Positions 33,982 through 37,146 of a DNA stretch of 37,146 bases are shown piece after piece. The DNA comes from Amoeboaphelidium occidentale. Taxonomy: Eukaryota. Positions within the stretch are counted from its first letter, which is position 1. Every line of letters begins with the position of its first letter. The stretch is from assembly GCA_023515795.1 (NCBI GenBank), contig JALGPX010000119.1, forward strand, positions 1 through 37,146, in the 5' to 3' direction. The translations under genes were made by a program, and so were the position numbers. The notes below the pieces were generated by a model. It was not told the DNA's origin. It was given only the letters and a program-made list of their open reading frames with translations, and did no database searches.

Positions 33982-34266
33982 TTTGTTTAAAGATGTTAGA
34001 AAGAAAATAATAATAATTAAAGAAGTGAAATTTTAAATTCGCGCCAGGTAGCGGAACTAGATCTATGAGCTCAGGCTTCATGGATTCAAATTAACTCATG
34101 ATCCGTGTTTAGTGCGTCTTGGATGTTGTTTGGACTCAAAAAAGCATTGACTTCACGCTCTGGGTGATTCGAAACTCGAACAGAAAAAGATGTTCGAAGT
34201 TCATGGTAAAGTGATACTGACAGAGAAAACGAAACCGGATGTGATCAAGTTGAAGAAAGAGTTGGT

Positions 34267-34551
34267 AAAGAAGAAGAAGAAGTATTGACAGCTTTTTCAA
34301 AATACTGCCAGAAGCTCTTATCCTCTTGACATAATCCGAGAATGAAGGAACTAGAATTCTGAAGTGCAAGGACTACAAGACCTCAACTGGGCTCGATATC
34401 ATGGCTAAAAAGGATGTTAAAGCGGCTCATTACATGGCTAATATCGCGATTCAAGTGAACGGAGAAAAAGGGACTAAAAATATGTCTTTTTCTTTGGTAA
34501 AGCTTTACTTGTAGTGAAACAGATAAAATAAGAAGCTGGAACCGAAATGAA
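34267..34551 (+). pseudogene. Decayed TnpB/Fanzor-like C-terminal fragment, copy 1
   Basis: 34353-34514 reads RILKCKDYKTSTGLDIMAKKDVKAAHYMANIA, resembling a Zn-knuckle plus RuvC-III (NRDxNAAxNM). Stops and frameshifts upstream. Confidence 0.4.
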
Positions 34552-34641
34552 TGTGGTGACACATCTTAGCGCGCGGCTAATTGACCGACTTGACGCCAAA
34601 ACAGATCACCATGTCCCTTTGAACAACAATAAAGAAGGAGN

Positions 34642-34920
34642 TAAAGAAGAAGCATCGATAGCTTTCTGAAAATACTCCAATATGCTCTTATCCTCTTGAC
34701 ATAATCCGAGAATGAAGGAACTAGAATTCTGAAGTGCAAAGACTAAAAGACCTCTACTGGGCTCATCTCGTTGTTAAGAATGATGTTAAAGCGGCTCATT
34801 ACATGGCTAATATCGCGATTCAAGTGAACGGAGAAAAAGGGACTAAAAATATGTCTTTTTCTTTGGTAAAGCTCTACTTGTAGTGTACCATACAAAACAA
34901 GACCTTGAACCGTAATGAAA
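34642..34920 (+). pseudogene. Decayed TnpB/Fanzor-like C-terminal fragment, copy 2
   Basis: Diverged direct repeat of 34267-34551; reads RILKCKD* then, after a frameshift, HLVVKNDVKAAHYMANIA. Confidence 0.4.
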
Positions 34921-34974
34921 GAATAGAATTTTTGCAATTTTCTTGATCGGTTCAAATCCTTTTCATATCAGAAT

Positions 34975-37033
34975 ATGGAAAAGAAACGCAAACTACCTGA
35001 TGCTGACGAAGATTATAAGCCTGGGGTTGATGATGATGTTGCTGCTGAGCCCATAGATGAGCCTGAAGAGGAAGAGGAGGAAGATATGACCCCTATTCCA
35101 ATGACGTCAATTGTAACCAGAAAGACTGGACTGAACTCCTTGATCCCGAATGAAATCCTGAGGACAAAGACAAGAAACATGGTTGATACAATGAATTTCA
35201 TTCGATATCATGGTTCCCGCCTTCTTAATCTCTATGTTCTGCAGATGTGCTCAGANNNNNNNNNNNNNTGAACTCCTTGATCCCGAATGAAATCCTGAGG
35301 ACAAAGATAAGAAACATGGTTGATACAATGAATTTCATTCGATATCATGGTTCCCGCCTTCTTAATCTCTATGTTCTGCAGATGTGCTCAGAAGGGCGGG
35401 ATTTGGGGTTGTTGACTTGTGGCTATGGAGGAATCCGACGACATTTCTTTGTGGCAGTTTGCAACAATGCCAGCCATCCTCGAACCACTCGTCTTAATGA
35501 AGACGTTGCCCCTCTGGCTGAAATTTATAGAAATAGGGCTTTGGGCTTTGGTTTAGAGTTATCTTTGATTACTGGCATATCCAGCACTTTGAATAGTATG
35601 GTGGCCTCTTATGAGACCAATTTAATGAATTATATTACAACTACAACTGTTGGTAGAGTACGGTGTTGAGATCTGAAGAATCTGGTGTGCTGTGATACGT
35701 AGACGAAACAGCATTACATCCATGATACAGAAGATCCAATCAAAAATAGACAATGACTGTAGCATGAATATCACTTTATTGAGCATTCCTTACGTGACTC
35801 TATATGTGATCATATCTTTATCACATTAATGTACAGTATCTACAGAGAACTCTTACTGAGTGGCTCCTCTACGATCTGTCCTTGGAACTCTTGTTCTCAA
35901 CATACGGAGGTGGTTCATGCACTTGTTGGAACTGGAATATCCGGATTGTTTCAAAGTCAAGAAACGGAGTACATCCGGGGCCAATTACTGTATTTCATCG
36001 TTGAGTGCACTTTCGGAAGACAATAATGAGTTGCCTGAGCTTCCAGATATTCTAGAAAAGTTTGCAAAGAAACATGATAGGGCGAGAATCATAAGGGCCC
36101 TAAGAGCTGTGTACAAGACTTTGGTGGCTGAAACAGTAGAGAAAAATCTTTCTTTAAAAAAGGAATTTTTGAAGGAATATTGGTACAAGTTCTTTCACTT
36201 GCAGTATCATATTCTGAAACATTTCACGAAATACTCTGAGGCAGATGCTCAGGCAAGATTGGAAGAGAATCGGCGTGGGAAAGGCTTGCGACTTTTCACC
36301 ATAGTGCCACTGGCTGATATCAAGACTTCCCATGTGTTTTTTGACGGAAGTGGTCTTTCCGAAGTGGTTCACCGGGCGTTCGAAGAAGAATCATTTGTTG
36401 GACCTTCCAATCATCCAAGAGATCTTACAGTAATGAAACGAAAGGCAATCTTTACTGGCATTAAGTCGAGGGTGCCATTGTGGAATTGGGCTGTTAAGTT
36501 AAAATGTGTAAAACATAAGAATCTGGACTTCAACTACTCGTTCACCACAGATGGAGTTAGTGTATCTGTTCACTTCGAGAAAGCTGGTTTCAAGGAAAGG
36601 CTTAACGATAAAGGGTTTCTGTGGAGTAACCAAAAGAAGTATTCACCAATTGGCATTGAAAACCGGGGCGTTGTGGGTGTTGACCCTGGAAGAATTGATT
36701 TGGTTGTTTGGCGTGATGGCTCAAGGAAGAGTTTCGGTTGTTCAGGAAACGAATGGCAACAAATCGCTGGCTTCAGGTATCAAAGATGGCGTCAGAAAAG
36801 TTGGTTAGAGAAGAACGATAATATTCAAACAATTGTTAAGGATATGCCTTCAGCAAAGGTCACAAAGGTCGAAGTCTATCTAACGTATCTGAACTACATT
36901 TTAAGACACTACATGGCTCTCTCTGAATTTTATGGTTCTCAAAGGTGGAGGCAGTTAAGAAGAAAAACAGACATTAAGAAAACCAAAGCCTTTGGTATTG
37001 TGTGCAGAAGAATTGCTGGAAACAACTTTGAAA
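34975..37033 (+). mobile_element. Fanzor1-like RNA-guided endonuclease gene, LTR-interrupted and truncated at an assembly gap
   Basis: N-terminal NLS-like KKRK; KTGLNSLI...MNFIRYHGSRLLNLYVL; frame 1 open from 35860 to the gap with LRLFTIVPL, FTTDGVSVSVHF and RuvC-I GVDPG (36676-36690); then SGNEW...MPSAK...FYGSQRWRQLR. Confidence 0.85.
35664..35902. mobile_element. Solo LTR (239 bp) of an LTR retrotransposon
   Basis: TGTTGAGA...TCTCAACA termini (TG..CA, 8-bp inverted repeat) flanked by a TACGG direct repeat (35659-35663 and 35903-35907). Confidence 0.88.
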
Positions 37034-37049
37034 NAGAGTCAATACAATG

Positions 37050-37146
37050 GTGCCACTGGCTGATATTAAGACTTCCCATGTGTTTTTTGACGGAAGTGGT
37101 CTTTCCGAAGTGGTTCACCGGGCGTTCGAAGAAGAATCATTTGTTG
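37050..37146 (+). repeat. Near-identical repeat of 36304-36400 (internal Fanzor sequence)
   Basis: 97-nt match with one visible synonymous difference (ATC/ATT), located after the N at 37034. Confidence 0.85.

Noticed and set aside
34000..35000. CRISPR-like array next to the RuvC nuclease
   Set aside because: Only two long diverged repeats; no regularly spaced short repeats with unique spacers.
35132..35392. Internal repeat in the Fanzor N-terminus
   Set aside because: A 124-nt near-identical overlap on either side of the N run 35256-35268; an assembly artefact.
1..37146. Reassigned stop codons (TAA/TAG read as Gln) to explain the broken ORFs
   Set aside because: Conserved genes end properly at TAA or TAG (Cks1, CutC, MAM33), and the breaks are explained by introns.

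Overview
Gene-dense eukaryotic DNA using the standard code (TAA, TAG and TGA all act as stops). Introns are tiny GT-AG introns of about 30-46 nt and intergenic gaps are often under 60 bp. The gene content (class C GPCR, FHA-GAF adenylate cyclase, receptor-like kinase, CRN-like header) suggests an early-diverging fungus or fungal relative such as an aphelid, chytrid or rozellid; this is inference only. From 1 to 28.9 kb there are about 20 mostly ordinary genes and an intron-containing tRNA-Thr(UGU). From 28.9 to 34 kb is an AT- and microsatellite-rich, poorly assembled island holding ECT1, an HD nucleotidase and a class 3 lipase; the HD stop and ECT1 start overlap as ATGA. From 34 to 37.1 kb is a Fanzor (eukaryotic TnpB-like RNA-guided nuclease) locus that the ORF track misses. 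Its Fanzor1-like gene is interrupted by a 239-bp solo LTR with a 5-bp target-site duplication, and removing the LTR restores the frame. Upstream lie two decayed repeats resembling a RuvC-III C-terminus, each followed by hairpins that could be omegaRNA remnants.
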